A DNA stretch of 64,000 bases from a virus. The position numbers and the translations under genes are program-made. The notes under the pieces are model-generated. The model saw only the letters and a list, made by a program, of their open reading frames with translations. It had not been told where the DNA came from and did no database searches. Positions 37,229 through 46,533 of the stretch are shown here, in pieces (the first letter of the stretch is position 1; each line of letters opens with the position of its first letter). Where the stretch lies: positions 41,554 through 105,553 of the IMG/VR virus record IMGVR_UViG_3300011113_000649, one strand, 5' to 3'.

Positions 37229-39874
37229 TCAACCAATAATTTGACCAAAAGATAACTTCAATTCTTCAACACGACTATCATCCATCTTATTCAGCCAGCG
37301 GTCTGACCGATGACCATAATAATGTTCAGTATCAAGTTGATTGAGAGGATTAGTCTTTCTAAGTTCTCTCAGATTGCCCGTTACCGGATGGATACACATA
37401 ATATACTTCATCATCGGGTTGTTGTCAACCTCCACTTTGATCGTTTTTCTGAGATCAGCCATTTTTGGACAATCATACTGACCATTAGATGCGGACTTGA
37501 AAATCTTCTGGTATTGTCCAACAACATCATCGTTATAGATTGTCGTTAGCATACCGTTGATTTGATTGTAGACTACATTAGCATCCTTGATTTTGGCACT
37601 ATCAAGACCATTCACACCAAAATCATGCAATAACTTTGTCATATGGGCATAGTAATCATCCTTCTTGAATCTGGCGATATCAAAACTCTCACGATGAATA
37701 GTGTCTGCAAAGAACTCCACAATCATTAGACTATTAATGATGTCTACAACGTTAGGCTTATTGATAAACTTTTCATATTCCAACCCAAAAACATTTAGGA
37801 TATGAAAAAGGAATTGTCTATCGACATAACCTTCACGGTAGGAACGCTCGTTCTTATCATCAAGATTATATTCATTCTTACACTTTTGTACAAGATCGTT
37901 AAACTGATAGATATCCTTAAACTTGATATCGTTCAATTTCTTGAGCCGCTTCTTGAACCAAGTATTAAAATCCACAAGGTTATAGCCGTCTTTCTTTAAA
38001 CGATCAACGACGCTTTTCTTAATAGCATAAACATTTGTATTGTCAATTATCTTGTGCTGAGTAAGAAAGTCTTTGTATCCACACAACTTGTGAATTTCTG
38101 GATAAATACTATCAGCAATACCATATCTCACAATAGGAAGATAAATAATCTCGTCCTCGTTCTCAAGATCATCCAGTCTCTCCTGACTAAGACTTCTCAT
38201 ATAATGAGCATCGTTATAGTCATAGTTAAGACTCTTGGTATCCTTTGTGTCTCCCAAAATCAAGAAGATTTCTTGATCACTAACGTTACCCTTGCTGTCC
38301 TTGCTGGCACGATTCTTGGGAGTAGTTTTAATAAGATCACGATAATCAGAGACATTAAGAATATTATGTTCGCCAACGTCCTTGACTAAAGACTTAAAAC
38401 CACTGCTAACCCTTGTGTGATCATTCGAGTCCACCATAAGATATGCAAAACAATCGTTAGCATTACAATACTTGGTGATAATCTTCTTTGCTGTTTCTGT
38501 AGCACTAATATCACACCAGAAGAATTTCATCTCTCCGTTCTTTTTGCCGCTACTGTTCCAATAGTTATAACCCTTACCGGTAAGAGTATCGTGATGAATT
38601 CTATCAGTAAGATAAACCATGCGACGAGAACGATAACCTGCTGTTCGATAATTGAATACATACAGATTTTCTTCCTTATCCAACTTATATTCAATATCTT
38701 CTCCAGAGTTAATGCTATGGTCTTTGCCAGATGAGTCTGTCCAAGAAGCACCAACTCCCCATCCTCCAGCAAGATCATTCATCTGGTAATATGTCTGGAT
38801 TGCTTCCACCTTGGTTTTAGCAGTAGCGATCTTGTTACTGAAATTCTTCTTCAACTCTACGAAAATATCTTGTGTCTTTTCACGCAAAGTCTTAACAACA
38901 GATTTTGTATACTGCAAACCCTCTCGACTAACATCCATCTCAAGTTCGCCAATACCAAAATCAAGTTCAAGATAAAGACCTTGATCAATGATTTCTCCAA
39001 CAAAAGCCTTCCAAGAAGCAATATCTGCCTTATTGAAAGCCCTATTCCACTTAGCGATATGGTCTGGGGTTTCAGCCTTTTCCTCACCAACAAGGTGAGA
39101 AACTTCAACGGGATATGCAATATTGCCCATCAAAGCAACAACGCCACTTTGAATACGATAATAACTGCTGGGAAACTTCATATTGTCATTATTGAGTCGG
39201 CAAACACGCCAACCTTCGCCATCAATCACAACATTACGCTGACTATATTCTTTGGTAAAGTCCCAATAAACACCGCCCTCAATAATTGGCTTCATCTTAA
39301 AGTAATGAAAAATCCTGATGGCCTTCTGACTGAACTCTTGGAAATCATATTGCTTAACAGCAAAACTAATTTCAAGACCATTAGGCTCATTAGTATCCGT
39401 ACTATGAATAAGATTTAGAGTAGGAACACCAGCCTCATCAATAGCGGCAATATAAGTATACTGCATACCATTAAAATAAGAAGTAGTTGTAAAACTCTTG
39501 GTATAAGCGAATGGACTCTTAGAACCTAGACCAAGACAACCAACAAAATCATTACTGTCATTCTTATTGCTAGCACCATATGTTGTATAAAGATGCTCCA
39601 TGTCCTTCTGACTAAGACCAGTGCCATAATCACGAACACTAAAATTAGGATTAGCGGCAGTAGGAAGCGTTACCTTAAAAGAATTCTTATTACCAGCACT
39701 GATATGGCTATCATAAGCATTAGTAGCAAGTTCACGAATAACAGCCATGACCTTATCGGAGTATAGAGAGTCCGAAAGGATTTTAAACATTTTGCTCGTT
39801 TGAGCAATAGTGAACTGATTTGTATTGTTGATACCCGCACTGTGAACCTCAACCGTCCGATCCGCAAGTTTCAT
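37229..39874 (-). CDS. rIIA: rIIA-like protein with N-terminal GHKL ATPase
   Basis: LYSDK..AVIRELATNAYDSH, VRDYGTG, GCLGLGSKSPFAY; next to rIIB; start refined to MKLAD. Confidence 0.85.
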   Translation of the reverse strand: MKLADRTVEVHSAGINNTNQFTIAQTSKMFKILSDSLYSDKVMAVIRELATNAYDSHISAGNKNSFKVTLPTAANPNFSVRDYGTGLSQKDMEHLYTTYGASNKNDSNDFVGCLGLGSKSPFAYTKSFTTTSYFNGMQYTYIAAIDEAGVPTLNLIHSTDTNEPNGLEISFAVKQYDFQEFSQKAIRIFHYFKMKPIIEGGVYWDFTKEYSQRNVVIDGEGWRVCRLNNDNMKFPSSYYRIQSGVVALMGNIAYPVEVSHLVGEEKAETPDHIAKWNRAFNKADIASWKAFVGEIIDQGLYLELDFGIGELEMDVSREGLQYTKSVVKTLREKTQDIFVELKKNFSNKIATAKTKVEAIQTYYQMNDLAGGWGVGASWTDSSGKDHSINSGEDIEYKLDKEENLYVFNYRTAGYRSRRMVYLTDRIHHDTLTGKGYNYWNSSGKKNGEMKFFWCDISATETAKKIITKYCNANDCFAYLMVDSNDHTRVSSGFKSLVKDVGEHNILNVSDYRDLIKTTPKNRASKDSKGNVSDQEIFLILGDTKDTKSLNYDYNDAHYMRSLSQERLDDLENEDEIIYLPIVRYGIADSIYPEIHKLCGYKDFLTQHKIIDNTNVYAIKKSVVDRLKKDGYNLVDFNTWFKKRLKKLNDIKFKDIYQFNDLVQKCKNEYNLDDKNERSYREGYVDRQFLFHILNVFGLEYEKFINKPNVVDIINSLMIVEFFADTIHRESFDIARFKKDDYYAHMTKLLHDFGVNGLDSAKIKDANVVYNQINGMLTTIYNDDVVGQYQKIFKSASNGQYDCPKMADLRKTIKVEVDNNPMMKYIMCIHPVTGNLRELRKTNPLNQLDTEHYYGHRSDRWLNKMDDSRVEELKLSFGQIIG

Positions 39875-39906
39875 TGTTTTTCTCCAAGTGTCCTGTGATG
39901 AGCCCA

Positions 39907-39934
39907 ATCATACCATACTAGTATCGGTTGTCAA
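39907..39934 (-). promoter_or_regulatory. sigma70-like promoter with CCGATA in spacer
   Basis: TTGACA-ACCGATACTAGTATGG-TATGAT. Confidence 0.75.
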
Positions 39935-40173
39935 GCCTCGCTTATTGAATTTTTAATGGCTCTCCAGCCAAGATACGCGGTAAGTAATCCTAGCAGTCTT
40001 ATTGGGGTCACTACAATAGTAGTCCACCATAATCCTAAACAAATCGTAACAATGGCTAAAATTTGTATTATTGTCTTAGGTAATAAGCCATATTTAGATA
40101 TTAAAAATATAGTTGGACCAGACAAAAGTACAACTAAGAAAATCAAACCAACGATAAGTGCTAAACTAGCCAT
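39931..40173 (-). CDS. small multi-pass membrane protein
   Basis: Three hydrophobic segments. Confidence 0.6.
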   Translation of the reverse strand: MASLALIVGLIFLVVLLSGPTIFLISKYGLLPKTIIQILAIVTICLGLWWTTIVVTPIRLLGLLTAYLGWRAIKNSISEA

Positions 40174-40179
40174 GCTTGA

Positions 40180-40500
40180 TCAATTATCTTCCTCACTCGA
40201 CCAGAAATCATCTTCTTTTGGAACCCAAGTTTCGTCTGTATCTGTATCATAGTCATTTTCTAGATCTTCATCATCTTCTTCCGTAAGCATGATAGTGAAA
40301 TTATTTAATATTTCCAACATAGTATCAACTTTAAATACTATATTTTGAACCTCTTTTTTAATTTCTGATATTTCTTTAGCAATTTTTGTGTTGTATTTCT
40401 GCAGTTCTACTATTTCTTTTGAGAATAGTTTGTCATTTTCGTTTAGTTCTTTACTAGTCTTGTCGATTTGTTTGCTAATCTGATCAAGATCTTTTGACAT
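40180..40500 (-). CDS. coiled-coil protein with acidic tail
   Basis: AGGAG RBS, heptad pattern. Confidence 0.6.
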   Translation of the reverse strand: MSKDLDQISKQIDKTSKELNENDKLFSKEIVELQKYNTKIAKEISEIKKEVQNIVFKVDTMLEILNNFTIMLTEEDDEDLENDYDTDTDETWVPKEDDFWSSEEDN

Positions 40501-40832
40501 TATACTCTCCTAAATTGCTTATATACTGATATATCGCCATTTTGGTCTATTTTTTTATCTTCATACGAAGAGGCGGCTCTTCTATAAAATTCTTGTTTGA
40601 TATTTTCTAATACACCAGTTATCATTGCTATCTTATTATAATTTAACTCTCCGCTAGTCCTCATTATAATATTACTAAATAGATAATTTAAATCTCCAAG
40701 CACTTTCATAAATTGAACATCTGACGGGTCTGTTTCGAGACATATTTTTTCCATAGTACATCTAAAATAGAATCCTATGTCTTGAGCGTATTTATCAAGT
40801 GCTGGTCTATTTTGTTCATTAATATAGGGCAT
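40500..40832 (-). CDS. conserved phage protein
   Basis: MPYI..GDLNY..EFYRR..YEDKKI..NGD pattern. Confidence 0.65.
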   Translation of the reverse strand: MPYINEQNRPALDKYAQDIGFYFRCTMEKICLETDPSDVQFMKVLGDLNYLFSNIIMRTSGELNYNKIAMITGVLENIKQEFYRRAASSYEDKKIDQNGDISVYKQFRRV

Positions 40833-40835
40833 TTA

Positions 40836-41411
40836 TTATTCCTCGCATTGACATTGATATTTTAAACAGTAACAGCATTTTGGGCCGGGACAAGAATTTC
40901 CCCAAGCATTAGCATTTCCATCAAAACTTTCTTTACCAGTGTCTATACAAACAACTTTTTTCTTTTTTCCTCTATTAACCAACCCAACATTATACCAATG
41001 ACAATCCCAAAATTTTAAGCCGGTTTTAGAATATATTTCATCGACCAGAAATTGAATATTAGCCATACCAATTCTAGTATTCGCCTTATGGGTGATAGCC
41101 AATTCCGTAACATATCCCCAATCACTAGGTTCTGGCTGATAAAGATCATTTTCTGGAGCAAATTCTAGTTTAGAAATTGTGCTGTATATTTTTGGTGCAA
41201 GATCGAACTCTTCTAATTTTTTGTGATATCTATATGATTCTTGGGCTTTTTTTTTATTACGAATCTCCTTAAATACCATATCTTTCTTATCTTTGATGGC
41301 ATAAACCTGACAATATCCACCCTCATCAAACCAATCGCTATAATCTATAAGATAATTAGGATTAATCATGTGTTTTGTCAACAATTTTTGATCCCATGAT
41401 TTCTTGAGCAA
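40836..41411 (-). CDS. protein kinase-like fold protein
   Basis: EGGYCQVY, VFKE, LAPKIY, DCHWYNVG, CIDTG. Confidence 0.7.
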   Translation of the reverse strand: MLKKSWDQKLLTKHMINPNYLIDYSDWFDEGGYCQVYAIKDKKDMVFKEIRNKKKAQESYRYHKKLEEFDLAPKIYSTISKLEFAPENDLYQPEPSDWGYVTELAITHKANTRIGMANIQFLVDEIYSKTGLKFWDCHWYNVGLVNRGKKKKVVCIDTGKESFDGNANAWGNSCPGPKCCYCLKYQCQCEE

Positions 41412-41691
41412 TATGAATAGCCTCGTTGAGATCGTTTGCTTCGGCCAATTTAATTGGGCCTTTTGGAATATCTATCCAATATGATCCATATACTCCATAA
41501 AAAACATTCCCAAGGGTACGGTCGTGCATCAAAAATTCTGTAGCGTCATAAAATATATCCAGATGCCATTCACCATTTTCGTCTTGAACCTCTTTTACTG
41601 TATCAACAAGAAGAAAAGAAAAATTAGGGTGCTTAAAATCTGGATCGCTGTAAACAACTCCTCTATAAAATTTATTAGGTAGACTTATCAT
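41362..41691 (-). CDS. hypothetical protein
   Basis: Coupled ORF. Confidence 0.55.
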   Translation of the reverse strand: MISLPNKFYRGVVYSDPDFKHPNFSFLLVDTVKEVQDENGEWHLDIFYDATEFLMHDRTLGNVFYGVYGSYWIDIPKGPIKLAEANDLNEAIHIAQEIMGSKIVDKTHD

Positions 41692-42037
41692 TATGTTTTT
41701 TCCAATCTTCAGTTAAAAATTCTTCTCTGTTGGAGTATAGAGGAACAACTTTTGTTTGATTATCATATTGATTATAGTGGAGTCTTAGATCATAGAGATC
41801 AAGTCTTTCGTTTAACTTACCAAAAGCAACGGGGTTTTCAAATATTTGTTTAATATCTTTGTTTTCTTGACGAGTTTTAGCTAAATCTTTTTCACAACTT
41901 AGCCATCTTTCAGAATTTTTGCTGTCTTCTTTTAATTGTTGCAACTCTTGCTTGGCATTATTAACAACAAAACGATCAGCACCATTTGCCCAAGCAAAAT
42001 CAATAAGGAACTCTATGGGATTTGAGTGTTCATTCAT
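41675..42037 (-). CDS. hypothetical protein
   Basis: Coupled ORF. Confidence 0.55.
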   Translation of the reverse strand: MNEHSNPIEFLIDFAWANGADRFVVNNAKQELQQLKEDSKNSERWLSCEKDLAKTRQENKDIKQIFENPVAFGKLNERLDLYDLRLHYNQYDNQTKVVPLYSNREEFLTEDWKKHNDKST

Positions 42038-42252
42038 GAAGAAAATCCTATTTTAAATTTTTCTGGAGCCATAGTCTCTATAGTAGAAGGAGCAAAGTAT
42101 TCTGTATAATATGACCGACCATTCCACCAGCCACATTTGTAGCTAACATTATTATCGCTAGAAATATTAATTTCGACAATGGTTCCATAAACATCGTCGG
42201 TCAACTTAACCTTACTACCAATCTTGTTTAGTTCAATTACATTTTTGCTCAT
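42034..42252 (-). CDS. small SH3-like beta protein
   Basis: KIGSKVKL..G.IVEI..YKCGWW. Confidence 0.5.
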   Translation of the reverse strand: MSKNVIELNKIGSKVKLTDDVYGTIVEINISSDNNVSYKCGWWNGRSYYTEYFAPSTIETMAPEKFKIGFSS

Positions 42253-42292
42253 TATATTTCCTTAAGGCTTGTTTCAATATCTACTAATTAAA

Positions 42293-42365
42293 TAAGAGCG
42301 GCGGGATTCGAACCCGCACTTGCGACATTTTAAGTGTCGTGTCTCTGCCGTTGGACTACGCTCTC
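42293..42365 (-). tRNA. tRNA-Leu(UAA) with short variable loop, CCA not encoded
   Basis: GAGAGCG/CGCTCTT acceptor, CGACA-CTTAAAA-TGTCG anticodon arm, GCGGG-TTCGAAT-CCCGC T arm, discriminator A. Confidence 0.9.
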
Positions 42366-42369
42366 ATAA

Positions 42370-42446
42370 GTAATCGACTATAATAATCATTGGTCGAGGT
42401 TGATTATGTTTGGGCCTCGCTCATTATAACTATTGTAGCCGACTAC
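42370..42446 (-). ncRNA. long hairpin carrying an anti-SD/anti-AUG sequence
   Basis: ~21-bp G-U-containing outer stem and inner CGAGG/CCTCG stem; contains CATAATCAACCTC, complementary to the RBS and start of 42469..42750. Confidence 0.65.
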
Positions 42447-42468
42447 ACTAATTTTAAACTATCGACTC

Positions 42469-42750
42469 TCAGCCGTTAGTATGGGCCTTGAGGCGACGAA
42501 CAATCTCAGCCATAGCCTCGACGTTATCAACCGTCTTAGTAGGCTTTGCACGTTCCATAGAAGGCAATTCAATGCCCTTCTTAGCCAGAGCGGCTTTTGT
42601 ACGAGCAAATCGTGCCATCGTACTAGCAACCTTCTGACCAGTCTTAATAGCAATCTCAGCATAAGTCTTGGACGAATAAACTGCCTCAAGAAATTGTTCA
42701 TCACCGCAACGAACACGCTTCTGCTTCTCAACATTAGTAACTTCAGCCAT
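42469..42750 (-). CDS. small basic putative DNA-binding (HTH-like) protein
   Basis: GGAGG RBS; EQFLEAVYSSKTYAEIAIKTGQKVASTMARF; own promoter. Confidence 0.65.
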   Translation of the reverse strand: MAEVTNVEKQKRVRCGDEQFLEAVYSSKTYAEIAIKTGQKVASTMARFARTKAALAKKGIELPSMERAKPTKTVDNVEAMAEIVRRLKAHTNG

Positions 42751-42786
42751 AATCAACCTCCAAATCTTAACTAACCAACTATCTAC

Positions 42787-42816
42787 GCGAGTCAGTCACG
42801 CGACTGATTCTCTCGC
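42787..42816 (-). promoter_or_regulatory. 5' leader hairpin
   Basis: GCGAG-AGAA-TCAGTC-GCGT-GACTGA-CTCGC between promoter and RBS. Confidence 0.5.
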
Positions 42817-42828
42817 TTCGACTCTTGT

Positions 42829-42856
42829 ATTCTATCATGCTTTATCGACTTGTCAA
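42829..42856 (-). promoter_or_regulatory. sigma70-like promoter with GTCGATA in spacer
   Basis: TTGACA-AGTCGATAAAGCATGA-TAGAAT. Confidence 0.75.
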
Positions 42857-42967
42857 CAGGCCGACTTGATTTTTTTCTTTGTTACTGAAAATATTTTTCC
42901 AATTTTTTTCCCAAACCTCATAACTTACTGTCTTTGGCCTCGTTTTGTCTCCTTTTCCATTACTCAT
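42842..42967 (-). CDS. small phage protein (41 aa, GKG..RP..NW..IF type)
   Basis: Manual ORF MSNGKGDKTRPKTVSYEVWEKNWKNIFSNK.., ATGA-coupled to the upstream gene. Confidence 0.65.
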   Translation of the reverse strand: MSNGKGDKTRPKTVSYEVWEKNWKNIFSNKEKNQVGLLTSR

Positions 42968-43275
42968 TTGAGTATCTCCGATAAATTTATATCCTCAAAA
43001 GTTTTTGTATTTTTATCTATTGTAATCTGAGTAGCGGTATTATTTGTAATTGATCTCAACTTATTAGAATAATTTACTACTTCTTGTAAGTTTTTAATAC
43101 AACTAGGCATTGTTTGTAATATAAAATCACCGTAAGTTTTATGTGTAGAAATTTCTGCTATAATTTTACATATGATATCATCAATGACTAAGATTATTTT
43201 TGGATCTTCTCTGTATCTATTGACTAGTCTTTGTGCTATCCATCGAATATATTCTAAATCATTTTGATTTAACAT
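42964..43275 (-). CDS. hypothetical protein
   Basis: GGAG RBS. Confidence 0.55.
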   Translation of the reverse strand: MLNQNDLEYIRWIAQRLVNRYREDPKIILVIDDIICKIIAEISTHKTYGDFILQTMPSCIKNLQEVVNYSNKLRSITNNTATQITIDKNTKTFEDINLSEILK

Positions 43276-43485
43276 TCTAGTACGAAACTCCAGTATCTAC
43301 TATCTTCTTTCTTAGTTATTTATAAAGAACGTATCGTTAACCATAAATCCTAGTATAAATCCTATTGACAATAATCCTAAAAACTGATCGTGTGACCAAA
43401 AACAAGAACCTATAAAACTAGCAGTAGCCCCATATAATATTATCAGTTTTTGTTTTTCTTGTTTAGTCATGCCGATCCCTTTAAT

Positions 43486-44106
43486 TTATTTATCAGATTT
43501 TTTAAGATTATCTATAGCCCATAGTGGTTGCAAATTACTATAATGAAAACATTTTTTCTGTTCTTCTATTTTTGTTAGATCAAAACTAGCACAAGGCTTT
43601 ATATGGTCTATATGCCATTTTCCATAGTTATCCCAATTCATACCATCGACAAAAAGATTCTCTAAATATAGTTTTAGATAGTCCCAAGAACAACCAGTTA
43701 AATCATATGATGTGCTATTTTTTGATCCTCGTATTAAAGCCATTCTAATACGATTACTAATAATTGTTCTTAATCTAAATTGAATATTCTTTTTTCTTTT
43801 AAGTCTGCGTTGTTTATTAATTTTATCTCTGTATTTTTCTCTATATTTTTTAGCATTTATTGAAATTTTATCTGGATTATTTTTTCCCCACAGTTTTCTA
43901 TGTTCATTAAGACAATCTCTATTTTTCTCACGATATGCCTTTTGTTGTTGCTTTATTTTCTTTTTATTCTTTTGCCTTCTAATCTGATTGTATACTTTAT
44001 GACAAAGTTTACAGTATGGGGATTTTCCATCTTTTGATGCTTTTTGACTATGGAAATGATCGATTTTTTGTTTTTTATTGCATTTTATACATTGTTTTAT
44101 TTTCAT
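43486..44106 (-). mobile_element. free-standing HNH homing endonuclease
   Basis: CxxC..CxxC N-terminus, basic linker, WHIDHIKPCASF..CFHYSNLQPLWAIDNLKKS. Confidence 0.85.
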
Positions 44107-44130
44107 TGGTATATATCTTTTCGCTTATTG

Positions 44131-44138
44131 TATACACC
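44131..44138 (-). promoter_or_regulatory. GGTGTATA candidate late promoter motif
   Basis: About 25 nt upstream of the HNH start. Confidence 0.45.
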
Positions 44139-44146
44139 AAATCAAA

Positions 44147-44848
44147 CTAATTTTCAAAAACGTATGACCAATACCTAGAATCTGTTTTATTTTGCTTGGC
44201 ATCCCAAAATATGCACCTAGCAATATATGCAGGAACGCCTAGTTTACCACAATTAACACTCCAGTGCCTTTCCATCTTTTTATATTGATCAAGACCTTTT
44301 TTTGATTGATATGTCAGTGTTTTCATACCATACAATTCCAACATATGAGTGTCTCCACAAAAAACTCTGCACTCATTAGGGTGACACTGTTCCAAAGCAA
44401 ACGAAACTTTAGCGGTTCCTAGACCAGAGATATTATTAACAATCTGATCTCTTTTCTTTACATGATACTTTTTACTGGTTAGATAAAATTGCTTAGGATC
44501 TTGCCAGAATTTATCCTTAAACTGCCAAATAAATTTTGTACGATTATTATATAGTCCGCATCCACTATTCTTGATTTTTTCTCTAAGCAGTTCTTTATTG
44601 TCGATCCAATCATTGAAATCTTTGATAGCATTGTAGCCATTAACATTACTTTTCCATGTTGTATGAACACTCATAAAACTAAACAAATATCGTCGGAAAA
44701 TATCTTCCACATTTTGAGGACGAACACCCTCCCAGTATTCTTTATATGCTACCACCTTATCTCGCGGAAAAGTAGCAAAAAAAGTATCGGCCTCGCTTTT
44801 GTCAAGAATAGTATTCTGAATAGGAATTACTGTGTTTTCAACAATCAT
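44147..44848 (-). CDS. HhH-GPD-like DNA glycosylase/AP lyase
   Basis: SVHTTW, GLYNNR, HhH ISGLGTAKVSF, GDTHML; start refined after GGAGA. Confidence 0.65.
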   Translation of the reverse strand: MIVENTVIPIQNTILDKSEADTFFATFPRDKVVAYKEYWEGVRPQNVEDIFRRYLFSFMSVHTTWKSNVNGYNAIKDFNDWIDNKELLREKIKNSGCGLYNNRTKFIWQFKDKFWQDPKQFYLTSKKYHVKKRDQIVNNISGLGTAKVSFALEQCHPNECRVFCGDTHMLELYGMKTLTYQSKKGLDQYKKMERHWSVNCGKLGVPAYIARCIFWDAKQNKTDSRYWSYVFEN

Positions 44849-44873
44849 GGTAGTCTCCAATGGGTATGCTACG

Positions 44874-44902
44874 ATTCTACACTAGTGGTATCGGCTTGTC
44901 AA
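44874..44902 (-). promoter_or_regulatory. sigma70-like promoter with GCCGATA in spacer
   Basis: TTGACA-AGCCGATACCACTAGTG-TAGAAT. Confidence 0.75.
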
Positions 44903-44938
44903 GACCCGTTTCTTGAGTGTAGGGAATCTAAATTTTTT

Positions 44939-44946
44939 GGTGTATA
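44939..44946 (+). promoter_or_regulatory. GGTGTATA candidate late promoter motif
   Basis: About 30 nt upstream of the + strand HNH start. Confidence 0.45.
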
Positions 44947-44976
44947 CTAATACTAGTATCTAAATAAGGAGTCCGT

Positions 44977-45615
44977 ATGAAAAAACAATGTAGTGAATGT
45001 GGTAAATATAAAATTGCTAATAATAAAAATTTCCATAAAAGCAAACATCATAAATATGGACTTCATCCGTACTGTAAGGTATGTCAGAAATCTAAAGACA
45101 AAAAAAGATATAAAAAAAACGGCGATAAAATACGCAACAGAGTTAGACAAAGAACTAAAGATTATCCAGAAAAATTAAAAGCAGAACGTAGGGCATATTA
45201 TCGTAAAAATAAAAGTAAATTACTCAAACAATGTAAAGAATACGCTCAAAGACCAGAGAGAAAAAAAAGAATGAGAGAAATACATCAACATAGAATGGAA
45301 AATGATATTTTGTATAAATTAAGATTTGTGTTAAGATCAAGAATAAGTAAAGCGTTTAAAAGAAAAACTGAAAAAAGTAGAGATATTTTAGGTTGTTCTA
45401 TTGAAGAAGTTCGTAAACATTTAGAAAACCAATTCACCGAAAAAATGTCCTGGGATAATCATGGAACTTATTGGGAAATAGACCATATAATACCTCTCGC
45501 ATCTGCCACAGATCAAAAAACTCTTAGAAAATTATGTCACTATTCCAATCTACAGCCTTTGGAGGCTAGTAAAAATAGAATAAAAGGTTCTAGATTAGAT
45601 TGGACAAATATTTAA
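44977..45615 (+). mobile_element. free-standing HNH homing endonuclease
   Basis: AAGGAG RBS; WEIDHIIPL..CHYSNLQPL..N..KG; paralog of 43486 and 55822. Confidence 0.85.
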
Positions 45616-46533
45616 TTAAGTATCTCTTTTTTCTCCATAAAGATATTTAAAGGTCGGAAAACGAAGACTTAGATTTCCGTCTTGGTTCTTCGTTTCTTCA
45701 AAATATTGTACCAAAATTTGCTTACCTAAAATCTTACAAGGATTACAATAAAACTCTTGTCGTTGATCAATAGTAAAACCACTACCAACTCTAACAGTAT
45801 GACCCTTATGCTTGATCATAACGCAACTTAGCATAGTTTCTTCATGCTCCTTGCCATTTAACACATACCTAAACGGCCCCATTTCTGTGTCTACTACTTC
45901 ATATTCATCATCAAAAAACTTCTTCACCTTTAGCAAATCTTTGCTTCGCTTGCCCTTATATGGTTCATCTGCTCGTAGCATAACTCCTTCCCAAAAATTA
46001 TCTGCTGCTTCTTTAACCCATTCTTGAAAATGTTCATCATTATGAATCAACTCTTGCTCCAAGACAGTCAAGCATGGACACTCATTGGGTTGCATAATGG
46101 CACACAGATGAGCGTATCGAATAGAATATGGTCGATTGCTTTGTCCTTTTTTGCTGTAAAATTCATCAATAGTAATTATATCGAAAATCTTAAATGACGG
46201 ATTAGGAATAGTATGATCCTTCTTGCGAAGTTCTTTCATAACTCCTTGAAAATCTTCATTACCATCTTCATCTACTAGACAAAGTTCTCCATCAAGAACT
46301 ACGTTAGAAATACCAAGAGCTTTAATCCCATCCCTAACAATATTAAGAGTATCAAAAATTTTTCCTGTGCGGGAATAGAAGGTAGTATCGCCATTAGTAT
46401 CAACAATACCAACACATCTACAATTGTGTTTGAGTATACCATTAGCAAAAAAATTAGCATTATCTGCAACTTCTAGTTCATATTTATATTTTGATTCAAT
46501 TTTTTCTATTGACTTAATTTTAACAGTTTGCAT
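45616..46533 (-). CDS. lig: DNA ligase C-terminal half fused to split intein IntC
   Basis: 37-aa IntC (..NFFANGILKHN), then C+1 and ligase motifs YSRTGK, LDGEL, FDII, EGVML, LLKVK, VGSGF, SLRFP. Confidence 0.92.
   Translation of the reverse strand: MQTVKIKSIEKIESKYKYELEVADNANFFANGILKHNCRCVGIVDTNGDTTFYSRTGKIFDTLNIVRDGIKALGISNVVLDGELCLVDEDGNEDFQGVMKELRKKDHTIPNPSFKIFDIITIDEFYSKKGQSNRPYSIRYAHLCAIMQPNECPCLTVLEQELIHNDEHFQEWVKEAADNFWEGVMLRADEPYKGKRSKDLLKVKKFFDDEYEVVDTEMGPFRYVLNGKEHEETMLSCVMIKHKGHTVRVGSGFTIDQRQEFYCNPCKILGKQILVQYFEETKNQDGNLSLRFPTFKYLYGEKRDT
46423..46533 (-). mobile_element. split intein C-fragment (IntC)
   Basis: MQTVKIKSIEKI..YELEV..NFFANGILKHN/C (blocks F and G). Confidence 0.9.

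Noticed and set aside
36335-39867. Alternative-frame minus-strand ORFs inside rIIA/rIIB (36335, 36650, 38527, 38857, 39670)
   Set aside because: Explained by codon bias of the main frame; no RBS or motifs.
42459-42774. Overlapping ORFs 42459..42734 (-) and 42481..42774 (+)
   Set aside because: The 42469..42750 frame has the GGAGG RBS and the promoter; the others look like shadows.
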